DNA of 64,000 nt. Origin: a virus. The position numbers and the translations under genes are program-made. A model generated the notes under the pieces. The model made no database searches and was not told where the DNA came from. It was given only the letters and a program-made list of their open reading frames with translations. The stretch lies in IMG/VR virus record IMGVR_UViG_3300030107_008258, positions 1-64,000 of that record; one strand, 5' to 3'. Positions 7,520 through 17,155 of this stretch are shown here, piece after piece. Each line of letters begins with the position of its first letter. Within the stretch, counting starts at the first letter, position 1.

Positions 7520-10147
7520 TCAAGCTTTTTTTATTTCGCTTAACTTCATATAAATTTTTTGATCTTGAACCTTGATTAAGTCGGCAAAAATGGTATCTCC
7601 ATCTTTTCGCATCCCTTTAACAATAACAATATTTCCTTTACTGGGGAGATTTCCTCCATTGGTATCACGGCAAATCTGAATATTATCTTTATGCTTATTA
7701 GTAAACATCATGACAGTGCATAAGCTAGACTCATCTTTGACTTGAATTTTAAGATAAGGGGTGCCCTTTTTGCTTTTTTTGGTTCCAAAACTGTCTTCCA
7801 CAGTTCCGATAAAATTAACACTAGACCGCTCGGCCTTGTCCAATGACTCTTCAACAGTTTCCAAGTGAGAATAATCCTTATGAACTTCTTTTAGTTTTTT
7901 ACCATGCGTATAACCCAGCAGTGCATTTTCGTAATACCAATTAGCAAAATCTTCATTAGCTTTATTTTTATTATAAATTTCCCTATAAGGAAGAAAGTGT
8001 TTTTTAATTGTACCGTATCGTGAATCTTTTATGATAGGTTTACCTTTTTCGTCCTTTAATTCTTCGTTCATTATTTTTACCACCTCTCTCAAATCGTAAG
8101 ACTTTCGAGAACCTACTTCAAATGCGCAGGTCTTTTCCTTGGCGGTTAAAAGATTCCATAGTTGAGCTTCTGCTACCATGTAGCTACGGGGCTTATTGAA
8201 TGTTCCGTCAAGTGCTCCAGCCTGTATGAGGGCAGATAAGATTCCTACTCCAATACCAGCTTCGTTTGCTCCTTGGAAAACTTCAAATTTATTAGAGTAT
8301 TGATCTTTAAAGGACTGAAGCTTTTCTATCGACTTTTCCGCGATTCCTTTAATAGACGTTAATCCAAACCGTAAGTTGTCGCCTTCAATAGAAAAATCCA
8401 TTGCAGACTTCATTAAATGTGGACCCAAAAGCTTAATATTAAACTTGGGTAGTTCTCGAGCTATTTTAGAAATTTCTGTCATTGGGTCTGGCTCGTAGCG
8501 CGTCATTTGTAATAACGCTAAAAAGAACTCTTGCGGATATTTAAATTTTAAAAATGTAGTTATCGCGGCTAAAGAAGCGTAGGATATTGAATGAGATTTA
8601 TTAAAAGAATAATTTGCTGAGTCTTCTAATACTTGCCATAAGATATCTCCAATCTCTTTTTCTAAATTATTTTCTTTAACTTTATCTTTAATCTTCTTTT
8701 TCCACTTCTTGACTTCATTAACTTTTTTCTTGCCTACTATACGACGAAGAATTTCCGCTTCATCAAGGGTAAAGCCAATCTTGTGAGCCATTTTCATCAT
8801 TTGCTCTTGATAAAGACATACGCCTCCTGTGCTTTTTAGTATGTCGTCAAAAAAAGGATGTATAGCTTCGTAAACATCATTATTTGTATAACTTGCAAAC
8901 TGGTCAACAAAAGCTAAAGCGCCGGGACGCGCTAACGCTAATACAGCACTGAGCTCTTCAAGATTTTTAGGTTTAACTTTGCGGCATACTTCATAGTTCG
9001 CATCGGCTTCAATCTGAAACAATCCATGGCGCTGTTTAAGGTCAAAAAGATTTTGATAAATAAAAGGGTCATCCAAGTCTACTTCATCGGGCTTTAATTC
9101 TATTCCTTTTGTCTTTTTTAAAATTTTACAGCAAGCATCAACTACTGATGCAGTTCTAAGCCCAAGCACATCTAGTTTCACGTTAGATATAGAAGACCAA
9201 TCCATATCGAATGACGAAACAGGCTCTTTGCTTGAGTCAAGCTCGCAAGGGCAACTCTCTACTAGCTTGTTATGGGAGAGTAATATAGCCGAAGGATGCA
9301 CTCCTTTATTTTTGACGAGCCCTCTAAGTTTGAGGGCGATTTTATAAACTTTAGGATTCTTATCACACCATTCAGCAAATTTAGGAACTTCGTCATAGGC
9401 TTCAGTTATGTCTTTTACTTTTCCGAAAACCTTAGGTATCAGCGCAGTGACTCCACTCATCTCCACCTCCTCCTTACCACCAAAAACTTTACCACATTCT
9501 TTCATAACAAGTTTACCGCTCAGTGTATTAAGGGTAAGTATTTTTGAAGTATTGCCGCTAAACTCCTCTTTTAAATATTTAAGAACCTCTTGCCGTCGAT
9601 AATAACAAACGTCAACGTCAACGTCACACATCAAAGAACCGTCTAAATAAGTTACCCCATCTACAACTTTCTTTTTTGCACGAGCTCTAGAAACAAATCT
9701 TTCGAAGAATAAATCATACTTTACTGGATCTATTTGAGTAATTTGCAAAAGGTATAAAACCATACTCCCTGCGGCTGACCCTCTCCCTAAACCAAGAGGA
9801 ATATCGTTTTCCCTACAATAAGAAACTACCTTCCAAACTAGAAGTATATATTCTGTAAAATCTAACTCTTGTAAAATTTCAAGCTCGTACTTTACTCTTT
9901 TGATATAGGTTTCTTTATTTTTATGCTCATTTAATTTTAACTCGGCAAATCTTTTTAAACAGATTTCTCTTAAAAAATCATAAGTATTAATATCGGAGTG
10001 AAGACCTAATCTTTTAATGTACCTCTCCTCGATGTGAAACTTTGGAAGCCTTACTCCATGGAGGGAGAGGTTCAAGTTGTGAAAACGGCTAGAAAAGCTA
10101 TTCTCCTCTTTTTTTTCTTTTTCTTTTAGGTTTTTTGATGTTTTCAT
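7520..10147 (-). CDS. dnaE: DNA polymerase III alpha subunit, core lacking the PHP domain
   Basis: GRGSAAGS, DVDVD catalytic motif, KLDVLGL, YSFNKSH, C-terminal OB fold. Confidence 0.93.
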   Translation of the reverse strand: MKTSKNLKEKEKKEENSFSSRFHNLNLSLHGVRLPKFHIEERYIKRLGLHSDINTYDFLREICLKRFAELKLNEHKNKETYIKRVKYELEILQELDFTEYILLVWKVVSYCRENDIPLGLGRGSAAGSMVLYLLQITQIDPVKYDLFFERFVSRARAKKKVVDGVTYLDGSLMCDVDVDVCYYRRQEVLKYLKEEFSGNTSKILTLNTLSGKLVMKECGKVFGGKEEVEMSGVTALIPKVFGKVKDITEAYDEVPKFAEWCDKNPKVYKIALKLRGLVKNKGVHPSAILLSHNKLVESCPCELDSSKEPVSSFDMDWSSISNVKLDVLGLRTASVVDACCKILKKTKGIELKPDEVDLDDPFIYQNLFDLKQRHGLFQIEADANYEVCRKVKPKNLEELSAVLALARPGALAFVDQFASYTNNDVYEAIHPFFDDILKSTGGVCLYQEQMMKMAHKIGFTLDEAEILRRIVGKKKVNEVKKWKKKIKDKVKENNLEKEIGDILWQVLEDSANYSFNKSHSISYASLAAITTFLKFKYPQEFFLALLQMTRYEPDPMTEISKIARELPKFNIKLLGPHLMKSAMDFSIEGDNLRFGLTSIKGIAEKSIEKLQSFKDQYSNKFEVFQGANEAGIGVGILSALIQAGALDGTFNKPRSYMVAEAQLWNLLTAKEKTCAFEVGSRKSYDLREVVKIMNEELKDEKGKPIIKDSRYGTIKKHFLPYREIYNKNKANEDFANWYYENALLGYTHGKKLKEVHKDYSHLETVEESLDKAERSSVNFIGTVEDSFGTKKSKKGTPYLKIQVKDESSLCTVMMFTNKHKDNIQICRDTNGGNLPSKGNIVIVKGMRKDGDTIFADLIKVQDQKIYMKLSEIKKA

Positions 10148-10346
10148 TTTTCCCCTTCCTCTCTTTTAATATATTTTTAATTTCTTTTAAAGAAGCGTCG
10201 AAGGTGTCTTCCGCTTCAGTATTGATGTTAAAAAATACATCCACTTTATTTTCTGACTTACCTTCACGCATGGTAATGACAAGATAATCAAGTCTTTCTT
10301 CATCCAACTTTTCTACTAAATCATAAACAAAATCTAAACTAGGCAT
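10098..10346 (-). CDS. hypothetical protein with basic tail
   Basis: 82 aa ORF between exonuclease and DnaE core. Confidence 0.55.
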   Translation of the reverse strand: MPSLDFVYDLVEKLDEERLDYLVITMREGKSENKVDVFFNINTEAEDTFDASLKEIKNILKERKGKNENIKKPKRKRKKRGE

Positions 10347-10375
10347 TTATAAATTATAGATGCCTAATTAAATAT

Positions 10376-11041
10376 TTAAAAATCTATTTGATATTTTAAT
10401 TTTTCCCAAACTTTAAAATTTAACTCTAAATCCACTAAGGCATCGTGCAATTTTTTATAATCATGCTCAATATTGTTAGATTTCCCCAGCGCTCCTAAAG
10501 ATGTTTTCATGCCCTTTTTTCTAACGTTTAGCATTTTAATCTGAAAATCCAAAATGCTAGCTTCATTGGGCTTGTAAGGGTAATCTAACACAACAGACCT
10601 TGCAATGGAGAGCGTATCTAAAACTTTATAAGGAAGATGATCGTAAGGTTTTTTATATTTTTTATACCAATTTCTTAATAAAAAAATGTCAAATCCTAAA
10701 ATGTTATGACCCACTAGATAATCACATTCCTCTACCTGTTTATAAATAATTTCAAACCCTTCCTCTTCTGGGATACATTTTTGACGAAAACGAGTTTCTG
10801 AATATCCAGTTATATCGCGAGCTCCTTTCCCTATTTTAAGATCAGTATCCCATTTAAGATACAAATCATTACGGGATAGTTCGTTACTACAAATTTTTCC
10901 TTTTTCGTTCTTGGACGTTTCTATTAATATAGTCGCCACTTGCCATGGCAAATTAAGAGAATCGTGAAGGGCTAAATTAAAAGTTTCAAAATCCAAAAAA
11001 AGAAATTTCTTCTCTTGGAATCTTATTAAATGACTATCCAT
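10376..11041 (-). CDS. DEDDh 3'-5' exonuclease (DnaQ-like proofreading)
   Basis: LDFET, GHNILGFD, HDALVD. Confidence 0.88.
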   Translation of the reverse strand: MDSHLIRFQEKKFLFLDFETFNLALHDSLNLPWQVATILIETSKNEKGKICSNELSRNDLYLKWDTDLKIGKGARDITGYSETRFRQKCIPEEEGFEIIYKQVEECDYLVGHNILGFDIFLLRNWYKKYKKPYDHLPYKVLDTLSIARSVVLDYPYKPNEASILDFQIKMLNVRKKGMKTSLGALGKSNNIEHDYKKLHDALVDLELNFKVWEKLKYQIDF

Positions 11042-11798
11042 TTACGACCTCCGAATAACTTTCGTAACAAAACTCGTTTGAACACATTCCGTCAAAATTT
11101 GGTTTTTCCACCGACGTTCTTTTATTAATACATCTAAAAGTAAGGTAGGCGTCAAAATCTTTGCGGCTTTTGTAATAAATGCTTTTAGCAAGAAGCGTCT
11201 CGTATTTATCCCCGCAAAATTCTTTTATGGAAGAAGCCATGTCTTTATCTATAAGTGTGTCGTTATCTTCAATAAAAAAAACAGGATTAGTAAATGAAAA
11301 GTCAGGAATGCATTGGGAATCAGTATATTTATTATTGTAAAGAAAAGAATCGTAAAAAGGAATCGCCAGCATAAGGTCTTTAGTCCAGTAACTTTTTAAA
11401 GTTTTGAAATCCAAACGAGGCTCGTAATAGAAACCTTCTTGAGCGGCGAGTGTCCAGATTTTTATCAACTGTTTATAACCTTTGGCGTTTTTGACAAAAA
11501 TTATATTTTTAAAAGAGTTTTTTCTACCTTCTTCACTTTTTTCTGAATAATCGGGACAAAAAGTTAAGCGAATTCCAAATATTAATTTCTTATTTAAGTC
11601 TTTCGCGTGAGTATAAGCCTCTAGGAATCCAGCCATTGTATCTTCAACCAAAAAAATATCTTTTATTCCGGCTTCGTTAGCAATATCGAAAATCGAATCA
11701 GAGCTCCCATCAGTGGAAGATTCATCAGGCATATCCAAAGTAAGAATGGAGCGCCCAAGGCTGTAATGGCTTTTAAAAAGCGGTATTACCTCTTGCAT
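11034..11798 (-). CDS. stand-alone PHP domain of DNA polymerase III alpha
   Basis: KSHYSL, KNAKGYKQLIKI, GFYYEPRLD match the DnaE N-terminal PHP domain. Confidence 0.8.
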   Translation of the reverse strand: MQEVIPLFKSHYSLGRSILTLDMPDESSTDGSSDSIFDIANEAGIKDIFLVEDTMAGFLEAYTHAKDLNKKLIFGIRLTFCPDYSEKSEEGRKNSFKNIIFVKNAKGYKQLIKIWTLAAQEGFYYEPRLDFKTLKSYWTKDLMLAIPFYDSFLYNNKYTDSQCIPDFSFTNPVFFIEDNDTLIDKDMASSIKEFCGDKYETLLAKSIYYKSRKDFDAYLTFRCINKRTSVEKPNFDGMCSNEFCYESYSEVVNG

Positions 11799-11818
11799 AA
11801 GAAATGATTGTAGTAGCC

Positions 11819-12814
11819 TTAGGCAAACATGTCAAGTATGTTATCTTGACTCATCCCTTTGTGGCGGGGGCATCCTTCGTATTGTTTCTTTTTAATCTCC
11901 TGCCCCTCCTTGAGCTTATTTTTAAGATCTCTTCTTTTTAGGGACTTGTGAATCTCGTTCCCTTCTTTATCTACAATTACGAAATAGGGGTAGGGATCAA
12001 TATATGGACATCTCCACTTTCCTATTTTACACATCCATGAATTTTTCTTAGTATCGTATGCGTAATTTGTGGTGGCTGTTTCCTCCGTGAAGTTGTTTAT
12101 TATTTGGAAGGAATGAGCTAGGTAATATTCTAACCCCCGAAGTTGATCTTTATTAAATTGAAGTTGCTGTAATGGGCTGCGAGGATGCCTTAAAAACTGA
12201 AATTCTACAGTAGGTTCATAACCCTCCCACTCTTTTTGAGCGGCTAAAGTATAAACCATAGCTTGCACGTTTGAGTGCAATTCTTCGCCGCGAAATTTAT
12301 ATTTACTACTTTTATAATCTACAATTTTAATTTTTTTACCCTTTTTATAAAGGATAGGTTTATCAATAAAACCTCTTATTTTATATTCGGGGTCTTTACT
12401 TTCTAGTAAGAACTCATGCTCCGGCTTATCTACTTTACCTCCCCATCCAAAAAAGTCACAATTTAAACCAACAACGATCATATCGTCTACTAACTCAGTG
12501 TTTTCTTCGTTAGTCATAGGTAAGTCAAAGCTGTTTTCCATTTGGATCAAATGTTTCATGACCATACGGTAGACGGCTTTACTCGCCCTTATAGTGCCTT
12601 CTTTAAAAATTTTATTAAAATGTTTTTTATGCTTCTTTTTAACCAGCATCTCGAACACTAAATGACATACGGTTCCTCGAAGGGCTCCTTCGTTTTGTTT
12701 TTGGGGGAGCTTTAGGTGGTAATTGCACCAATAAGACCAAGAACAAGTCTCGAGAGTTTTTAGCCTAGAGGCCGAGAGTATTTTTTCTTTTACATCTTTA
12801 GCTGTTTTTTCCAT
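11819..12814 (-). CDS. RecB/AddB/Cas4-like PD-(D/E)XK exonuclease
   Basis: SASRL..C, GTVCH, GFIDK, IVDYKS, C-terminal Cys residues. Confidence 0.8.
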   Translation of the reverse strand: MEKTAKDVKEKILSASRLKTLETCSWSYWCNYHLKLPQKQNEGALRGTVCHLVFEMLVKKKHKKHFNKIFKEGTIRASKAVYRMVMKHLIQMENSFDLPMTNEENTELVDDMIVVGLNCDFFGWGGKVDKPEHEFLLESKDPEYKIRGFIDKPILYKKGKKIKIVDYKSSKYKFRGEELHSNVQAMVYTLAAQKEWEGYEPTVEFQFLRHPRSPLQQLQFNKDQLRGLEYYLAHSFQIINNFTEETATTNYAYDTKKNSWMCKIGKWRCPYIDPYPYFVIVDKEGNEIHKSLKRRDLKNKLKEGQEIKKKQYEGCPRHKGMSQDNILDMFA

Positions 12815-13689
12815 GTTACTATTTCGGAGGTATTCATACAGCCAAAGTCGTTTTTTGGCGGAAGATTGACCTGAAGTTGCTGGTCATCAAAGTAGTTTAG
12901 AAGATCTTTTTTTATGGTTTCTGAGGCATTGTTTCCTGCCCCATTAACGTCATCATTATTAAGGCTAATGCTAATTTTTTCCAGATTTAATGAGATTAAA
13001 ATTTGTTTTATCTTTGAAGAGGCGGTTAATCCGAAAAGAACTAATGTATTGCGAATTCCCGCTTCCCACAAAGAAAGCATATCGCCTATGCTCTCAATCA
13101 AAAAAACACTTTTTTGTTTTTTAATATAAGAATAATTATATTTAAAGGGGTAAATCCAAAGGCTTTTTTCACCCAGTAGTTTCCACTTCATAGGGCTTTG
13201 ATCGTAAAGGTCTCTCCCTGCAGCTCCTATTAACCTATCCATTTTATCAAACACGGGAAATACGTATCTATCTTTAAGCTTTCCATCTTCCATTATGCCG
13301 CTTTGAAAGGTTTTTAAAGTTTCTGAGGATACTCCTCTATCGTTCCAATACTTATAATTAGGAATAATACGATTTAAATTTTCTTTATTGAATATTTTTT
13401 GAGATTTTAATTTTTCCTTTACTCTTTTTACATCACTAAAATCAAATTTATTTTTTATGAAATCTTTAGCCTCATTTATATCCTTTAAGTTTAAGGTTAT
13501 TTTAACTAATTCTTCTAAATTTCCATATTTACTTGTTTTGAAATCAAACCAAAGACCGTTACTTTTTTTAATGCATAGTACGTTAGGGTTATCAGAATCC
13601 CTATAAAGAGGCTTTGCCCTGTATTCGTTGCCGCAGTCTCGAAGAGTATATCCTATTTCAGTGAGGATATCTTTTATTTCGTCACTCAT
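12790..13689 (-). CDS. DnaG-like DNA primase
   Basis: RYVFPV, GR, TOPRIM ESIGD; adjacent to DnaB. Confidence 0.8.
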   Translation of the reverse strand: MSDEIKDILTEIGYTLRDCGNEYRAKPLYRDSDNPNVLCIKKSNGLWFDFKTSKYGNLEELVKITLNLKDINEAKDFIKNKFDFSDVKRVKEKLKSQKIFNKENLNRIIPNYKYWNDRGVSSETLKTFQSGIMEDGKLKDRYVFPVFDKMDRLIGAAGRDLYDQSPMKWKLLGEKSLWIYPFKYNYSYIKKQKSVFLIESIGDMLSLWEAGIRNTLVLFGLTASSKIKQILISLNLEKISISLNNDDVNGAGNNASETIKKDLLNYFDDQQLQVNLPPKNDFGCMNTSEIVTWKKQLKM

Positions 13690-15191
13690 AGTAAAAAGTC
13701 GTCAGAATCCCCATCGTCTTGTTGAACGTTAAAAGACTGTTCTTCGTGTGCTATAATATCCACTAAGGAACCTTCCTCACTTACTTTAAAATTCTCGACC
13801 CTAAAATTGATAAAATTATTTACAAATTTCTCGCTAGTGGATTCTCTTCCATTAACGCTTTCTGTGACTCTTCTCCTCATTAAATCTTGATGCCCTGCGG
13901 CGTCTCTCCCTTGAAAACGGGTTTTAAGAGGAATTAGTTTGTGAGTGCCAAACCTTTCGCCGTCTAACGCTATTTCATCTAACGTCTTTCTTCTGAAAAT
14001 AGCTACAAAAGTAGCGAACCATTGGAGTCGATCAGAAAGGGATATAGCAGAGCTATCGTCTACGAGGCTACTAGAATTACGGTTAAAGCTTTCTCCTTGC
14101 CTATTCATCTGCATGGCGGTGATTAAAGGCGCGTTAACTTCCTCCGAAACTCTTTTGAGCTTATCTATCTTTTCGCCAATAGCTTGATGTTCCGCCCAGT
14201 TCTTGTCTACCCGTTCTCCAGTTAGTTTTACGTAATCGTAAGCAATTACGCACTTCTTTCCCCTTCCAACATGCTTCATGTGCCAGCGACGTATAAGAGC
14301 GCATATCTCATCTACATTTTTATTACGCACATGATAATGAAAATATTGATGCTTTTTAATTTCATTAAAATAGCCTCTTACTTTTTTTGTCATCTCCGCA
14401 TTATTTCGCCACTTTCCTGTTTCTAAATACCAGAGGGGAACCCCAGTATTAGCCGCAGCCATCCGAAACTGAATTTCCTCAGTAGTCATTTCTGTGTCCA
14501 AGACTAAAACAGGAACGTTATTTTTAATAGCTGCTCCAAGGCATAAATCATTTATGAAAGTAGTTTTTCCCTGCGCAGGACGAGACACTATCGCGTAAAC
14601 ATTACCGTCTCTTAAGCCTCCATAAAGACGATTAAATTCACCGTAAGTAGTAGAAAGACCAGTATCGTCAGTAGGATTATTTCCCCTTTCTTCAATTTTG
14701 AATTCTATTTCGTCAAAAACGTTTTCAGGACTATCGTCAAAACTATAGCTTGAGACTTTTTCGCTATAGATAGAATCGCATTTAGAAATTATTTCTTCTA
14801 GGTTGTCGTTTGAGCAAGACTTTGTGTGGTTTTTTATTTGCTCCGCGGTTTCAAAAAGCTCCCTGCGAATCCTGACTTTAACCAACTCTTTACACGCTTC
14901 TATTACAGCTTCTCGGGTGATTGGAGTATAACAAAGAGAGTTTATATATTCATAGATTTCTATATCATCTTTAGAAGCAATACCTAGATTTAAAATTTTA
15001 TTAGCTACTAAAACTTTATCTATCTTTTCTCCAGCAAGTGCCGAGTCTCTTACTACGCAAAATATAGTTTGATGAACGTCATGATAAAAATCTCCTGCGG
15101 TAATAAAAGAATCAATTTCTGATATAACGTCAGGATGCCTCAGGAGTCCAGAGAGTACATGCCTCTCCACCTGATTAGAAAATATGGGCAT
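13686..15191 (-). CDS. dnaB: replicative DNA helicase
   Basis: Walker A SRPAQGKTT, DTEM, DYVKL, QMNR. Confidence 0.92.
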   Translation of the reverse strand: MPIFSNQVERHVLSGLLRHPDVISEIDSFITAGDFYHDVHQTIFCVVRDSALAGEKIDKVLVANKILNLGIASKDDIEIYEYINSLCYTPITREAVIEACKELVKVRIRRELFETAEQIKNHTKSCSNDNLEEIISKCDSIYSEKVSSYSFDDSPENVFDEIEFKIEERGNNPTDDTGLSTTYGEFNRLYGGLRDGNVYAIVSRPAQGKTTFINDLCLGAAIKNNVPVLVLDTEMTTEEIQFRMAAANTGVPLWYLETGKWRNNAEMTKKVRGYFNEIKKHQYFHYHVRNKNVDEICALIRRWHMKHVGRGKKCVIAYDYVKLTGERVDKNWAEHQAIGEKIDKLKRVSEEVNAPLITAMQMNRQGESFNRNSSSLVDDSSAISLSDRLQWFATFVAIFRRKTLDEIALDGERFGTHKLIPLKTRFQGRDAAGHQDLMRRRVTESVNGRESTSEKFVNNFINFRVENFKVSEEGSLVDIIAHEEQSFNVQQDDGDSDDFLL

Positions 15192-15195
15192 TTAT

Positions 15196-16455
15196 CTATT
15201 TATAAAAACGGTCTACTTTAAAGAAATAATCAAAAAGATTATCTGGAGCCTGCAAGCCCCCAATCGCTGTATATACAGCTAAACCCTTCTTAGCGCCAGC
15301 ATAAATTCCCCGATGAACGGTGGAGTTAGACCCCATCATGCGGCTAAGTTGTTCAAAACCGTGCTCAAGGCTGGATTGAGGTATGTTATCCAAAGATTCT
15401 TTATCACCTATAATGACACAAGCCGCAACGTTTCCTGTCGCCGCATCAACACCGGCAAGAATATTCTTGCGTAGGTTGTCTCTGACAGCATAAGAAATTC
15501 CAGTATCAGTAATATCTTTGATTGGCGTAGCGCCAAACATTATTATACCTGACGAAAATATTGTATCTAAATCCGCTTTGTCGAAAGTTGTATATGCTGA
15601 CTCCTTCGCCGAAATTTTGTTAAAAAGATGAAAGATAGAACAAATACTATTGTTAGCTGTACCCCAAAACTGGTTGACAGTTAATTTAGGATAAAGCTGT
15701 TTAATTTTTTCATTATCTAGTATAACTAAAGGTGACACTACTCCAGCTTTTTGGAGATCGACAACTTTAGTAACAGTCTTTTTGGAGTTTTCTTGAACTT
15801 TGATGCCTTCTCCACGAGTAGGTAAGGCAAGTATGCATCCTACTTTAGCATCTGTGTCTTTAGTCTCCTTGCCAAGAGATTGATTAAGATCATGGCATAT
15901 TTCCAAAACACGAGACACCCCTCCTGCTCCGGTTCCTCCACCAGCCCCAGCACAAACCAAAACTCTTTCGTAGCCTGTACCGAAAGTCTTTTTTAAGAAG
16001 TCGAGAATGTCTTCGTAGCGAGTTCTAAAAACTTCGTCCGCAGCGTCTGGATTTTTACCTGCTCCACCGTCACCGATTAAAAGTTTATTTTCATCCGGTA
16101 TTTTAATAAGGGATAAATCTTGTTGAGCGGTATTTATTACTCCTACTCGACGATAACCTAAATTCCAAAATGATTCTGCGAGACGCGAACCTCCCTGACC
16201 TACTCCAACAATAGCAAAATTAAAAGCTGCATCGTCAAAATTATCTTTTACCCCGTCTTCAACAGGCTCGTCATCTGGTAATGGAATATCGGGAAGGTCA
16301 ATCCCTAGATCCTCTACTTCAGAAGAAGGTTGAGTTTCTTCTGCCGGAGCAGACGCTAACGGATCGGTGGGGGGCGTATCGGGGGCCTCTCCGGCGGTTA
16401 GAGAAGGAGGCGTTCCTTCTTCGGGATAATAATCATTTATGCTTGTATCACTCAT
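15196..16455 (-). CDS. tubulin/FtsZ-family GTPase (PhuZ/TubZ-like)
   Basis: GVGQGG, GGAGK, GAGGGTGAG tubulin signature, LDN; acidic Pro-rich N-terminus. Confidence 0.88.
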   Translation of the reverse strand: MSDTSINDYYPEEGTPPSLTAGEAPDTPPTDPLASAPAEETQPSSEVEDLGIDLPDIPLPDDEPVEDGVKDNFDDAAFNFAIVGVGQGGSRLAESFWNLGYRRVGVINTAQQDLSLIKIPDENKLLIGDGGAGKNPDAADEVFRTRYEDILDFLKKTFGTGYERVLVCAGAGGGTGAGGVSRVLEICHDLNQSLGKETKDTDAKVGCILALPTRGEGIKVQENSKKTVTKVVDLQKAGVVSPLVILDNEKIKQLYPKLTVNQFWGTANNSICSIFHLFNKISAKESAYTTFDKADLDTIFSSGIIMFGATPIKDITDTGISYAVRDNLRKNILAGVDAATGNVAACVIIGDKESLDNIPQSSLEHGFEQLSRMMGSNSTVHRGIYAGAKKGLAVYTAIGGLQAPDNLFDYFFKVDRFYK

Positions 16456-16720
16456 CTTCTTCAAATCCTTCTTCGTCTTCTGGCGCAAAAGCTTGATCTA
16501 AGTTTTTAGAAAAACTAGAAGAATTCATTTGCTCCATTGCGTCAGACCAATGGCTGACTAGATATTGCAAAGACATCGCATTTCTTTCGTCTTCAGCTTT
16601 AGAATATACTTGTGGATTACCGTTTTCATCAAAATTGAAAAGCATAAAGCCTCCACATGACCATTCGCTTAATTGGTCTAAAATGCTATCTGGTATCCTA
16701 TTTGTCTCCTTAATAATCAT
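16448..16720 (-). CDS. hypothetical protein
   Basis: 90 aa ORF coupled to the tubulin gene, preceded by the GTGTAA motif. Confidence 0.65.
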   Translation of the reverse strand: MIIKETNRIPDSILDQLSEWSCGGFMLFNFDENGNPQVYSKAEDERNAMSLQYLVSHWSDAMEQMNSSSFSKNLDQAFAPEDEEGFEEDE

Positions 16721-16728
16721 ATTTATTA

Positions 16729-16734
16729 TTACAC
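16729..16734 (-). promoter_or_regulatory. GTGTAA candidate late-promoter element
   Basis: GTGTAA-N8-ATG, same spacing as at 42506 and 48052. Confidence 0.55.
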
Positions 16735-16738
16735 TATT

Positions 16739-17155
16739 TTATATCGAAACCTCAAATTTATCCAAAATGTACTTTTTGGACAAAGAGGCTAAATCATCTT
16801 CAAATATCTCCAAAATTTTAAAATTATTGTTTTCTAGCCAAACCATTTTATCATGATCCCGAGTTATTGACCTCAAATAATTAGCTCGAGAGTTATTATG
16901 AAAAAACTTATTAAACTTTTCGTGTTGCTGCCCTTGAGATTCTACTGCTATTCTTTTGGTCATATTTATAAGATCGACTTTCATTCTCGTTCCGTAAACA
17001 GGGAACTCTTCGTAGCAAATTTGTCCATACCAATAAGTTTTAAAAAATTGCTTAACTTCAAATTGAAAGTTAGACCTGCATTCTTCATCCCATTTTACTC
17101 TATATTTAGCAACGCTTTTGTTTACTAATTTTCCTCGAATGTCGTAAAGCTTCAC
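16739..17155 (-). CDS. Vsr/DUF559-like endonuclease
   Basis: EEFPV...KVD...IAVESQGQQH...RD.DK. Confidence 0.7.
   Translation of the reverse strand: MKLYDIRGKLVNKSVAKYRVKWDEECRSNFQFEVKQFFKTYWYGQICYEEFPVYGTRMKVDLINMTKRIAVESQGQQHEKFNKFFHNNSRANYLRSITRDHDKMVWLENNNFKILEIFEDDLASLSKKYILDKFEVSI

Noticed and set aside
7520-10147. Split intein or frameshift joining DnaE parts
   Set aside because: No intein terminal motifs; the A-rich overlap with the 82 aa ORF is insufficient evidence
11819-12814. Cas4-like nuclease as a sign of CRISPR-Cas
   Set aside because: No repeat-spacer array or other cas genes seen; the replication context fits a recombination exonuclease
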